Shown here: piece after piece, positions 49,729-58,897 of the stretch
How the letters are laid out: every line of letters starts with the position of its first letter
Position numbering within the stretch: position 1 is the stretch's first letter
Notes under the pieces: model-generated
Told to the model about the DNA's origin: nothing
Databases searched by the model: none
The model's input: the letters and a program-made list of their open reading frames with translations, nothing else
Assembly: GCA_963793265.1 (NCBI GenBank)
Contig: CAWBZI010000005.1
Coordinates: 64,001-128,000, forward strand
From: an uncultured cyanobacterium
GTDB lineage: Bacteria > Cyanobacteriota > Cyanobacteriia > Phormidesmidales > Phormidesmidaceae
Reading direction: 5' to 3'
DNA length: 64,000 nt
Made by a program: the position numbers and the translations under genes

Positions 49729-51576
49729 CTAAAACGGCGTGTATCGGATAGAAAAGTAGATGCCGCTGTCTTGTAGGCTATCGCTGCTGGTGTCGATATC
49801 GACCAGCGGAATGCCCCAGTCGAGACGCGCGGTCAAGTCGTCGCCCTGCTGCCAGAGTAAGCCAAAGCCAGTGCCGACTAATACGTTGTTGCCGCCAGGC
49901 GTGTTGCTATGATTCCAGGCTGCACCAGCATCTAAAAAGGGCGTGATTTGAACAATGCTTTCTTCAGAGAAGCGGATGATTGGAAAGCGAGCTTCGGCAG
50001 AGAGCAATGCACCATTATCTCGCAGTAGCGCGTCTTGACGGTAGCCGCGTACGGTTTGCTGACCGCCTAAGCCGAACTGTTCTGATGACACCAAACTATC
50101 TGCTGCGAGCTGCACATCACTGCGGAGGAAGAAGAGGGAATCGTCGCCAAGCAGTCTGACCCACTGGCCTTGACCGCGCCAGGAGAAAAACTGAGAGTCG
50201 GGAGCTTCATCGTCGTTATTCGGATTGAGTAGCGTACTACCTTCGGCGGTGGTGGCGTTAAGAATATCAAGGCCGACGTTGAACTGCGAGCGGGCGGCGA
50301 GTACCTGCTGCTGCGATCGCTGTGTCCAAGCCTGCGAAAACCTGAGCGCACTCACCCGAGTTTCACCGTCAAGATCTGCGCCCGGCGAGAGCGGCGTTGG
50401 CCCAATATCATCAATGCCCAAGCTCGTCTGGTTCTCTTTATGCGAGAGCGCTAGGCCCAAAGTTAGCTCTTGTGTGGGCGTTTCAATCAGCGGATGCGTG
50501 ACGCCTACCTCGTAGTAAAAAGCATCAGAGCTGATATCGAGCACGTCGAACGTATCGTCAATAACGCGGCTCTCGGAGATACCGCCGCTGAGGTTGACAC
50601 GGGTGTTGTACGGGCTCACGGGCACTGAATAGCTCAGGTCTAGGCTGTTGCTGCCATCAGTATTGGAGTAGCCCACGAAGGCGCGATCGCCAATGCCAAA
50701 CAGGTTGCCTTCGGTGACATCAATCCGGCGACGTACGCTGCCAATGTTGGGCGATCGCCCATTATCAAGACCCACCGTCACCGCAAAAGAATCTGCCTCA
50801 GTCACCTCCACGCGCAAAATGCTAGTACCGGGCCTTACCCCCGCCTGCAAATCCGCAGAGACAGTTTCAATCAGCGGATCAATTTGCAATCGCTGCAAGC
50901 CTTCTAATAATTTATCAGCATTGATGGGTGGCCTAGCTGCCAGCCCTAACCGGCTGCGAATATAGCCGGGCCTCAGCCGATTGGTGCCGACAATCTCAAT
51001 TTCCTCAATCACGCCCTCAATCACCTGCACGGTGACCATGCCGTTTTCGAGCGTTTGCGGCGGAATGAACGCGCCCGATGTTAAAAAGCCTTCATCAACA
51101 TAGCGCTGAGTAACTGCCGAACGGAGCGCTAGCAGCTCGTTGAAAGTCACGGGTCTGTTGGTGTACTCAGCAAATAGCTCGGCAAAGTCTTCAGTTGTAA
51201 AAACCGTGCTTCCGGCAAGCTGAATACCGTTAACGACAAACGTTTCATCGCCGTTACCCATCGCACCATCTGGCGTATTGGAACCTGCTGGATCGTTGAG
51301 CAAGTCGTCAACGGGTGGCAGCTTGGGCAGCGGCTGGGAAGGCAGCGGGCGATCTGTCGGGAATTCAGGGGTGACATCAGCGGGCGGGAGCGGTTCAGCA
51401 GGGATTTGATCGCTCGGTACGGAAGGCGGTAGCGTGACTTGAGCAATCGTGGCTGGATCTGGCAAGGGCTCAGCTAATGGCTCGGCGTGAGCCGCCCCAT
51501 CAGGACGCAAAGTGGGAGAAAACCACACCGTAGCGCAACAGCTCAATAGAAGCAGGGAAGAGTGACGAAACGGCAT
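49729..51576 (-). CDS. ShlB/FhaC/HecB (TpsB/Omp85) outer-membrane protein
   Basis: Signal-like N-terminus, POTRA domains, VRGY motif, C-terminal Phe. Confidence 0.9.
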   Translation of the reverse strand: MPFRHSSLLLLSCCATVWFSPTLRPDGAAHAEPLAEPLPDPATIAQVTLPPSVPSDQIPAEPLPPADVTPEFPTDRPLPSQPLPKLPPVDDLLNDPAGSNTPDGAMGNGDETFVVNGIQLAGSTVFTTEDFAELFAEYTNRPVTFNELLALRSAVTQRYVDEGFLTSGAFIPPQTLENGMVTVQVIEGVIEEIEIVGTNRLRPGYIRSRLGLAARPPINADKLLEGLQRLQIDPLIETVSADLQAGVRPGTSILRVEVTEADSFAVTVGLDNGRSPNIGSVRRRIDVTEGNLFGIGDRAFVGYSNTDGSNSLDLSYSVPVSPYNTRVNLSGGISESRVIDDTFDVLDISSDAFYYEVGVTHPLIETPTQELTLGLALSHKENQTSLGIDDIGPTPLSPGADLDGETRVSALRFSQAWTQRSQQQVLAARSQFNVGLDILNATTAEGSTLLNPNNDDEAPDSQFFSWRGQGQWVRLLGDDSLFFLRSDVQLAADSLVSSEQFGLGGQQTVRGYRQDALLRDNGALLSAEARFPIIRFSEESIVQITPFLDAGAAWNHSNTPGGNNVLVGTGFGLLWQQGDDLTARLDWGIPLVDIDTSSDSLQDSGIYFSIRYTPF

Positions 51577-51765
51577 GGCAGCGGCAGCGAGAAGGAGCTT
51601 TGCCCTGTAATATTCCCGAATCATCAACTTTCGTCCACACAAATAGCATCAGGCACTCCCTGCTGATACTACCTTCTATATCAGTAATTACACTAATAAA
51701 GTTTGATGTATTAATTATGGCAAAGTTATGGAAACAAACCTGCCTGATCTGCCCTCACCTGGCCC

Positions 51766-52428
51766 TTACCTAGCGATCAAAACAGCCCGCATACCGACTG
51801 CCTGAGCGCCTGCGTAGTCTTCTGACTCACTATCGCCCACGTGCCATGCCTCGCTAGCGGCGCAGTCATGCTTAGCTAAGGCTGCCTCAAATATTTTAGC
51901 TGCAGGCTTAGCTGCCCCAACTTCGGTAGAGATAGTGACCGACTGAAAGTAAGACGCTAGACCTAACACGCTCAGCACACGATACAGCCGAGAATCAAAG
52001 TTAGAAATCACGCCAAGCTGAATGCCCATCGACTGCCACCGCTTCAGCGAAGAGAGCGTATCGTCGTATACCCTCCATGGCGCAGCCGTTTCAAAATAGC
52101 CGTACAGCCCAGCGTAAAACGTATCAAAGTCGTCAAACTTTTCAAGCGCCCCTACCCGCTCAAAGGTTTCAGCAACCACGCTTTTCCACCAGCGAAACTC
52201 CAGATCAGGAATCGCCTCCGGGCTTACACCTGGACAGGCTAGCCTTTCAGCCGCCGCAAAGCTTTGATAGAACGCTCGATTAACGGCATGGGGATCGGTG
52301 TTCACCGCTGCCGTACGAGCCAAATTGCTATACAGTTCACCAACGCTGCCCTTAACGCCAAACAGCGTACCAAAGGCATCGAGATAGATCACTTTGGGTA
52401 GGGAAGGATTCATTTTGTAGAAAGTCAC
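51766..52428 (-). CDS. HAD-IA hydrolase (REG-2-like)
   Basis: DAFGTL, ISNFD, KP, HVGDS..ED. Confidence 0.9.
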   Translation of the reverse strand: MTFYKMNPSLPKVIYLDAFGTLFGVKGSVGELYSNLARTAAVNTDPHAVNRAFYQSFAAAERLACPGVSPEAIPDLEFRWWKSVVAETFERVGALEKFDDFDTFYAGLYGYFETAAPWRVYDDTLSSLKRWQSMGIQLGVISNFDSRLYRVLSVLGLASYFQSVTISTEVGAAKPAAKIFEAALAKHDCAASEAWHVGDSESEDYAGAQAVGMRAVLIAR

Positions 52429-52439
52429 CCGGCATTATT

Positions 52440-53630
52440 CTATGATTTTGAGCTGGCGAGCAGGTCTTGTATGGGCTGAGTAATCCAGTTGACACCGACG
52501 CGAACCTGATGCTCTAAAGTCGGCATTCGATAGAGGTAGGTGAGCCTGCGAACGACGTGCGCCAGGTTACCTTCTAACTTGATGCCGAGCCCTGATAGGG
52601 TGGCATTATCGGTGCCTAGAGTCATCATTTCACCTAAGTGCTGATAGCGGAAGGGGAGTAGGGGCCTGCCAGTGAGACTCGCCCAAATATTCCAGGCGGC
52701 ATAGTCGGCTTGCTGAAGGGCTGATTGCGCTGTTGTCGGGACAGTTTTGCCGTCGCCATCAAGGCCATCTGCCAGATCGCCTAGTGCGTAGATATCAGGA
52801 TGATCGACCACTCGTAGCGTGGGCTCGATTTTGAACTGCTGCCGGTCGTTCCGCGGCAAATCAAGCGCGTCAAGGGCAGGACTTACCTTATTCCCGACCG
52901 TCCACATGACGATATCTACAGGTAAAACGTCGATTTTGTCCTTGTAGCTCAATGTGATGGTGTCTTTGCCCACTTCAGTCACAGTGGTGTCGTAGTCGAT
53001 CCATACATTTTTTTCGCTGAGCGCTTTTTGAGCGGCCTTTTGGTTGAACTCGGTAGAGGTTGCCAGAATTTTGTCAGCGCGTTCTACAATGCGAACTCTG
53101 CCGCGATCGCCCAATCTCTCAGCCACCTTACAGGCAATCTCCACCCCGCTATAGCCACCACCCACTACGGCCACTCGAATCTTCTCAGGGTCTTCCTCTT
53201 CTACCTGACGCAGCCGATCCTTCAGCCGGTAGGCATCTTCTAATGAACGAAAAGGAATGGCGTATTCAGCCACGCCAGGAGCCATATCCATCGGCGTTTC
53301 ACCGCCGAGTGCTAGCACGATTCGGTCGTATGAGAGCTGGGTGCCGTCTGAGAGGGAAACGGCGCGATCGCCCAAGTTAATACTGTCCACGCCGCTTTGA
53401 TGAAAGCGCACGCCTGTATTCGCCAGCAGCTCTTCGTAAGGTGGCGCAATTTCCCAGGTTTGTAGTTCTCCGGTTACTAGCTCGTAGAGAAGCGGGGCAA
53501 ACACAAAGCGATCGCGCTGATCTACCAGCACAATATCGGGCTGCTCATCTTCCCACTTAAGTTTACTAAGCGCTAAGGCCGTATACAAACCGCCAAAGCC
53601 ACCGCCGAGAATACAAATAGATTGAGCCAT
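52440..53630 (-). CDS. ndbB: Type II NAD(P)H dehydrogenase, likely NdbB (demethylphylloquinone reductase)
   Basis: GGGFGGLYTAL, PLLYEL, GGGYSGVE, RRLTYLYRMPT. Confidence 0.75.
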   Translation of the reverse strand: MAQSICILGGGFGGLYTALALSKLKWEDEQPDIVLVDQRDRFVFAPLLYELVTGELQTWEIAPPYEELLANTGVRFHQSGVDSINLGDRAVSLSDGTQLSYDRIVLALGGETPMDMAPGVAEYAIPFRSLEDAYRLKDRLRQVEEEDPEKIRVAVVGGGYSGVEIACKVAERLGDRGRVRIVERADKILATSTEFNQKAAQKALSEKNVWIDYDTTVTEVGKDTITLSYKDKIDVLPVDIVMWTVGNKVSPALDALDLPRNDRQQFKIEPTLRVVDHPDIYALGDLADGLDGDGKTVPTTAQSALQQADYAAWNIWASLTGRPLLPFRYQHLGEMMTLGTDNATLSGLGIKLEGNLAHVVRRLTYLYRMPTLEHQVRVGVNWITQPIQDLLASSKS

Positions 53631-53675
53631 GAAGAAAACGCACAGAGCCTATCGAAGTTATCTTCCAGGATAGCG

Positions 53676-55208
53676 CTAGATCGCGGGCCTCGCCTGTGTC
53701 GACGGGCGTGTCTCTTGCAGCAGGTGCTCGCCTAAGCGACGCGCGATCGCCAAAATCGTAAACGTAGGTGAATAAGAAGGGCCGGTTGGAAACACCGCCG
53801 AACTAGCCACATAGAGATTATCAGTGCCAAACACCCGGCAGTTTCTATCCACAACGCCCGCTTCAGGACGATCCGCCATACGGGTCGTTCCCATCTGGTG
53901 GGCCGCATCTGTCATCGTCTCCAAGCTCGGTGGATCGTCGCCAAAGTCAAAGCTGCCTAAGCCCAAATCTTCAAAACGCTGCGTCAGCAAATGCAGCGTC
54001 TTCTCCATCGAACGGTGGTCTTGATCGGTAAAGCGCCAGTCCACCGCGAGCTTCCGCTGCCCCAGCACATCGCGTTCTGTGCCCAGCTTAACCAGACTGT
54101 TCGACTGAGGAGCCTGCTCGGTGACAAACTTGACCCGGTAAGACCCCACCGGGCCGTTGCCATCTCGACACGCCGGACGATTCTGCAAAATCCGTCCTGC
54201 CTTTTGAAATATGCGCTCGTAGATCGGCTGCAAATATAAGACATGCTCTAGCAGCTCATACTTTTGCTGGGTGTCGTCATCGAGTGCAAAGCAAATGCAA
54301 AAGCGCGGTTTGGGCGTGTACTGAAGCTCGCTCGCGTACTGCCGGGCTAGAGGGCCAGGCCACAGCTTGCCAGTATGGTGCTTGGGGTGATCGGTGTAGA
54401 AGCGACCGACCAGATTGTTTGCATTGCCAATGCCGTTTGGAATTTGACGATCTGAGGCTAGTAAAAGGCGGGCCGATTCAAACGCTCCTGCTGCCAAAAT
54501 CACGGTGTCGCCTTCAACGACAATTTCTTTACCCTCCATCGAGCGGCAGGCAACCGCCATCACGCGCTGGCAAGACTCATCAAGCCGCAGCTCAGTAACG
54601 GTCGCACCCAGCACCACCTGCAAATTTTCAGACTGGCGCATTTCATCACCGAAGCGGATGGCCGTGCGCGTTGGGCTCTCCTCCCAATAAAAGCTGCTGA
54701 ACTTAAGCCCACCACCAGCAACCTTATCGCGCAGTTCCACGATTTCAGGGCGCATCGCTTCAGCTTCTAAATCGCCAAAGCCATAGTCTTTCGCTGCCGA
54801 GCGATAGTGCTCCAAAAGGTCTTCAAACTGGATTGGCCAGCCGCTATTATCCACCCAGTCTCGGCCTGCAAAGTCCCACGGCTGCAAGTATTTCCATTTG
54901 CCCGTCCACACGTTGCTGGTGCCGCCAAACTGACGCACCCGGCTAACGCCTCGCAGCGCAGGGGGAAGATATTGGTGGTAGTAGGTGTTCGGGTTGAGTT
55001 CGCGGTGGCGTTTGGCTAAGAAAGTAACGTCATTGAGGGCCTGAATTTCAGGATCGAAGCGATCGCGCCCACTCTCTAAAAGAATCACCTCCCGGCCATT
55101 GCGGGCCAGATGGGTCGCTAGCTCAGAGCCTGCGATTCCAGAGCCGATCACAATTACCTGCGATCGCAATGTCGTCTGTTCGCCCAAGTCAAGAATATCG
55201 GTCAGCAT
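53676..55208 (-). CDS. GMC-family FAD oxidoreductase
   Basis: GSGIAG, FGGTSNVW, DHP, HQMGTTRM, SPTFTI. Confidence 0.88.
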   Translation of the reverse strand: MLTDILDLGEQTTLRSQVIVIGSGIAGSELATHLARNGREVILLESGRDRFDPEIQALNDVTFLAKRHRELNPNTYYHQYLPPALRGVSRVRQFGGTSNVWTGKWKYLQPWDFAGRDWVDNSGWPIQFEDLLEHYRSAAKDYGFGDLEAEAMRPEIVELRDKVAGGGLKFSSFYWEESPTRTAIRFGDEMRQSENLQVVLGATVTELRLDESCQRVMAVACRSMEGKEIVVEGDTVILAAGAFESARLLLASDRQIPNGIGNANNLVGRFYTDHPKHHTGKLWPGPLARQYASELQYTPKPRFCICFALDDDTQQKYELLEHVLYLQPIYERIFQKAGRILQNRPACRDGNGPVGSYRVKFVTEQAPQSNSLVKLGTERDVLGQRKLAVDWRFTDQDHRSMEKTLHLLTQRFEDLGLGSFDFGDDPPSLETMTDAAHQMGTTRMADRPEAGVVDRNCRVFGTDNLYVASSAVFPTGPSYSPTFTILAIARRLGEHLLQETRPSTQARPAI

Positions 55209-55262
55209 CCTATGGTGTCCGCTATATAGAAAGTGTCAGTAAAAGGGTTTATAAAATGAGGG

Positions 55263-56787
55263 TTAGCGATCGCCTATTAACTTACCGCGAAGCTTGCTAA
55301 TCAGCATCGCTGCAAAAAACTTTCCCTGACGGTAGCCACCTGGCAACATCAGCCAAATACTGATATAGCAGCCTACGTAAATCAGCCCTTCAACGCTCAG
55401 CTTAATCACTAAAAATGGGAAGCTCGGCAGCACCTGCTGGGCCAGCACCAATAAAACCGCTGATGAAAGCGAGGCCACAGCAGGCCGCCAAACCGCACCC
55501 ATAAAATCCCCCAGCGTAATCGGCGACTGCCGCACGCAATAGACCACTGCCGGATAGCTCAGCAGACACATCCCCACCGTGTAGCCCACCGCCACGCCAT
55601 AGGCTCCCCACCTCACGCCAATTGCGATCGCCACAATCATCACCGGAGTATGAATCAGGCTCCAGCGAAACTGACGCTGCGTTTCTCCCGCCGACACATA
55701 AATCCACTTCGTCACCCGGTACGCCATACCAACATAAACAGCAATGATCAGCACCCGAAATATCGGCACGATCTCGCTCCACTGATCGCCCAGCAATAGC
55801 AAAATGACATCTTGCGCCGTGACGAACAAGTAGGCTAAAGCAGGCATACAAACAGCAAAGATCAGCAGCAGACCCTCGCTGACAGTAGAGTCGGTAGCGA
55901 TTCAAATCCGATAGGCTTCGGCTCAGACTAGAAATCGCCACGTCAAATAGCGGATAGTAAATTTGCCAAAAGGGAAAATAGGCCCACTGATACGCCATGG
56001 AATAAAAGCCCAGCGAACTAGCCCCCCCAGCAGCACCCAGCAGCACCCGATCCATCTTCATGCCCACGCGGCTAATACAGCGAAAGCCCGTCAGGTGAAT
56101 GCCATAGGAGAGCGTTGAGCGCAGGTCTTTGGAATAGCGGGCAGCGTTGTCGAGACGATGAGGCCGCCAGTCGCAAAAAATCCAATAGGCAATACTCTGG
56201 CTCACCTGCAAAGCTGTGAGCTGTAAGATGAGCGCCCAGTAGCCCAGCCCTAACCAGGCAGAGACAACGGCGACTATTGTACTCAGCACTAAAGTGGCCG
56301 TTTCAATCACCGTCAACAGCTCAAACTTCATCTGCCGCTTAAGCAGCGACAGGTGTTGAAAAGACAGGCATATGCTCACTGCGCCCACCGCCAGACATAG
56401 CAGAACGCCCGTCAGTTCTGGCCGGTCGTAGAATCGGGCGACTAAAGGCGCGCAAAGCACCATACCGCCAATGATTAAGGCATTGATTTTTAAAGAGAGC
56501 CAAAAAATAGCGCTAGCCTGCTCTCGGTCAAACTCCTGACGCTGAATAGTCGCGGTTTCTAAGCCCATATTGCTAAGGCTATCGACGATGCTCAGCACGG
56601 GCTGCGCCATTGCCAGCAGGCCATAGTCAGCCGGAACCAAAAGGCGAGCCAGCACCATCGTGCCGCCAATGCCAATGACCAGCTTGATCGGCTGAGCGGC
56701 CATTGCCACTGCGCCCGATTGTAGCGATCGCCGGTTGAGATTGTTTTGCAGATCGGCAGTTTCAAAATGACGGTCAGATTTTGCCAT
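55263..56787 (-). CDS. PST-family polysaccharide flippase (Wzx) with +1 frameshift near 55873
   Basis: LARLLVPADYG; deleting one base in cga-ggg-t restores RGLLLIFAVCMPAL into the 55263..55847 ORF. Confidence 0.85.
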
Positions 56788-56941
56788 GAAAGTAGTATGG
56801 ATTCCAAACCGCGAAAAAAGGCTAACGAGAACGTCTTCAGGTTTAATCTCGAACCGATATTAATTGCGCTTTACGATTAGAAGCGCGCCTTAAAAAAGAG
56901 TCTTATAAAGATCAAAAAGAGTTCCGCTTATACTAATATGC

Positions 56942-57910
56942 CTATCGATTAAGCCTAGAAGAAGTGGTGTGAAGTTCTGGTGTAGCGATCGCCCGTTGCT
57001 CAGCTAGAGTCTGCGATCGCTCGCGCCGACCCTTCAGTTTATTCTGCGGCCACCACCGAATCCAAAACACATGACACAGGATGAGCGGAAAAAACGAAGG
57101 CCCTAGCAACACTCGAAACCCAATCACTGAAAGCACCATACTTGGCACAAATATAAATCGTGCTGTACGGCTAAACATTGCCAGCGGATATCCCGTTTCG
57201 AGGATCAGCGTAGCAAGCCCCATTCCTTGTGCCAGCCAGCTCTGTCTAGATAGCCACCCGCCCCAGGGCACCAGCGCCTCCGGGTGTTCGGGTGGGAACT
57301 GATGCTCTACCAAAATAAAAGACATATTGTCAGAGAACGCCCACCCCAGCCCGCCCTGTGAAAGTTTGGCATACCCAGCCGCAAAGAAAACTGTCGAGAG
57401 AATTAGCCAAACGGTTCGCACCGGCCAGCGATACTCTCCGTTTGGTGGGGCTGTCTTTTGCCAAATGGCCCGATCAACAGATAGCGCGTCTCCACTACGG
57501 GCGATCGCCATCACCCCCAAAATAAGCACAGCCGCCGCATCGCTATGGGCCAAATCACCAAAACAATGCGGTAGCCCCAGCAAATAAAACCCAAGCCCGA
57601 ACGACATCACGCTAGCAAAACGGGTCAGCAATCCCAGGCAGCTCAGCGCTAAAGAGACTTTCCAGGCCACCGACATCACACCCAAGATGCCAGGAGCCAG
57701 CAGCGGGATATTGAAGTACTCAAAGGGCCAGCATTTCTCCGGCATCCAAAATACGTCCGCGACACGTCCCCAAGCTGCAAAGTCCTGGTTCCAGTTCAAG
57801 CCCAGCAGCCCGCCGTAGAACAGAATTCGACAAACTGCGAGATTTTCGGCTGAATCAGGAGAGAAAAAGAACCGATTCCAGCGCTTTGTGAGCTGATGGA
57901 CAATTGTCAT
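56942..57910 (-). CDS. HTTM-like membrane protein
   Basis: LAVCRI, GDALSVDR, WPVR, FFAAGYAKL...W, LILE. Confidence 0.7.
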   Translation of the reverse strand: MTIVHQLTKRWNRFFFSPDSAENLAVCRILFYGGLLGLNWNQDFAAWGRVADVFWMPEKCWPFEYFNIPLLAPGILGVMSVAWKVSLALSCLGLLTRFASVMSFGLGFYLLGLPHCFGDLAHSDAAAVLILGVMAIARSGDALSVDRAIWQKTAPPNGEYRWPVRTVWLILSTVFFAAGYAKLSQGGLGWAFSDNMSFILVEHQFPPEHPEALVPWGGWLSRQSWLAQGMGLATLILETGYPLAMFSRTARFIFVPSMVLSVIGFRVLLGPSFFPLILCHVFWIRWWPQNKLKGRRERSQTLAEQRAIATPELHTTSSRLNR

Positions 57911-58455
57911 GGTTTCTCTCGTATTTCTGTTGAATCTTTGACTGAATCTTCAGTCGCCACCACTTCGGCTACAAAAGATCTGTCTTCTGTATTCACCAAA
58001 TCAGGCGCATTCGGATCAATTGACCAGTCCACACGATACAGCCGCAGCGCTTGTAGCGGTGGCCCGTCATGCCTTCCTTGCTGGCGATTGCGCTCATAGC
58101 GAGCCATCGTATCGGCAAGCCCTATTTTGACCGCCGCTTTGCCCCCTTCGCCTTCGAGCATTCGTCGGAACGCAGCCCGCTGTCGGTACCAAAGAAAAGG
58201 ACGGATCTGGTTTGACTGGTAGAGCGGAAACGGCTCTGAGCCGTCTTGCGGAACCGCCTGAAGGGCATAGTGCTCGACCCGTGCCTCTCGCCGCGTTTTG
58301 CTAAACATAGGGTACGACGAAAACGGCCAGTGCTCGCCCCGAACGCTGATTTCGTAGGCTGAGGCGATGATGAGCCCGATTAGTAGGATATTGAGGAGCG
58401 ATCGCCTCCCTTTTGAAATCTCCCCAGTAGGGACTTCCTTATGTTCGTACGTCAT
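57907..58455 (-). CDS. Single-TM partner protein of the HTTM-like gene
   Basis: TM then EHWPFSSYPMFS; 4-bp overlap with the downstream gene. Confidence 0.7.
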   Translation of the reverse strand: MTYEHKEVPTGEISKGRRSLLNILLIGLIIASAYEISVRGEHWPFSSYPMFSKTRREARVEHYALQAVPQDGSEPFPLYQSNQIRPFLWYRQRAAFRRMLEGEGGKAAVKIGLADTMARYERNRQQGRHDGPPLQALRLYRVDWSIDPNAPDLVNTEDRSFVAEVVATEDSVKDSTEIREKP

Positions 58456-58534
58456 CAGTTATGATTCCTTTCGACAAACGGAACGCCTATCATTATTAAA
58501 CATTTGCAGGATCGCTGCTCACGATACACCGTGT

Positions 58535-58582
58535 TCTGATATCAAGAAGGCGAAGGGGCTGGTTAAACAAATAGAGGATTAA
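58535..58582 (+). pseudogene. 3' stub of HI1419-type addiction-module toxin
   Basis: SDIKKAKGLVKQIED* ends 5 bp before the antidote ATG; the upstream GGDK-type motif is absent. Confidence 0.55.
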
Positions 58583-58587
58583 TTGGT

Positions 58588-58881
58588 ATGGCACTTGAGA
58601 CAACCCTTTGGGATTCTGCTGAGTATTTAGAAACAGAAGAAGACATTCAGCTTTACATAGAAGCTTGTATTGAAGAAAGCGAGGGCGATCCTACGCTGCT
58701 TGTTCATGCGCTTGGTGTAGTGGCGAGGGCAAGGAATATGAGTCAGCTTGCCAGAGATACGGGCTTAAGTCGAGAAGGGTTGTATAAAGCGCTATCACCA
58801 GAAGGTAATCCTAGTTTTGTGACTGTGGCTAAAGTTGCAAAGGCACTCGGATTTGAGCTGACTGTGCGACCCGTAGCCTGA
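58588..58881 (+). CDS. HI1420-type addiction-module antidote (HTH)
   Basis: WDSAEYL...ALGVVARARNMSQLARDTGLSREGLYKALS..GNP. Confidence 0.9.
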   Translation: MALETTLWDSAEYLETEEDIQLYIEACIEESEGDPTLLVHALGVVARARNMSQLARDTGLSREGLYKALSPEGNPSFVTVAKVAKALGFELTVRPVA

Positions 58882-58897
58882 TGCTTTGCTCTAAAGC

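Noticed and set aside
58367..58582. 71-aa ORF as an intact toxin
   Set aside because: Its 5' part is antisense to the 57907..58455 gene and lacks toxin motifs; only the last ~15 codons look toxin-derived
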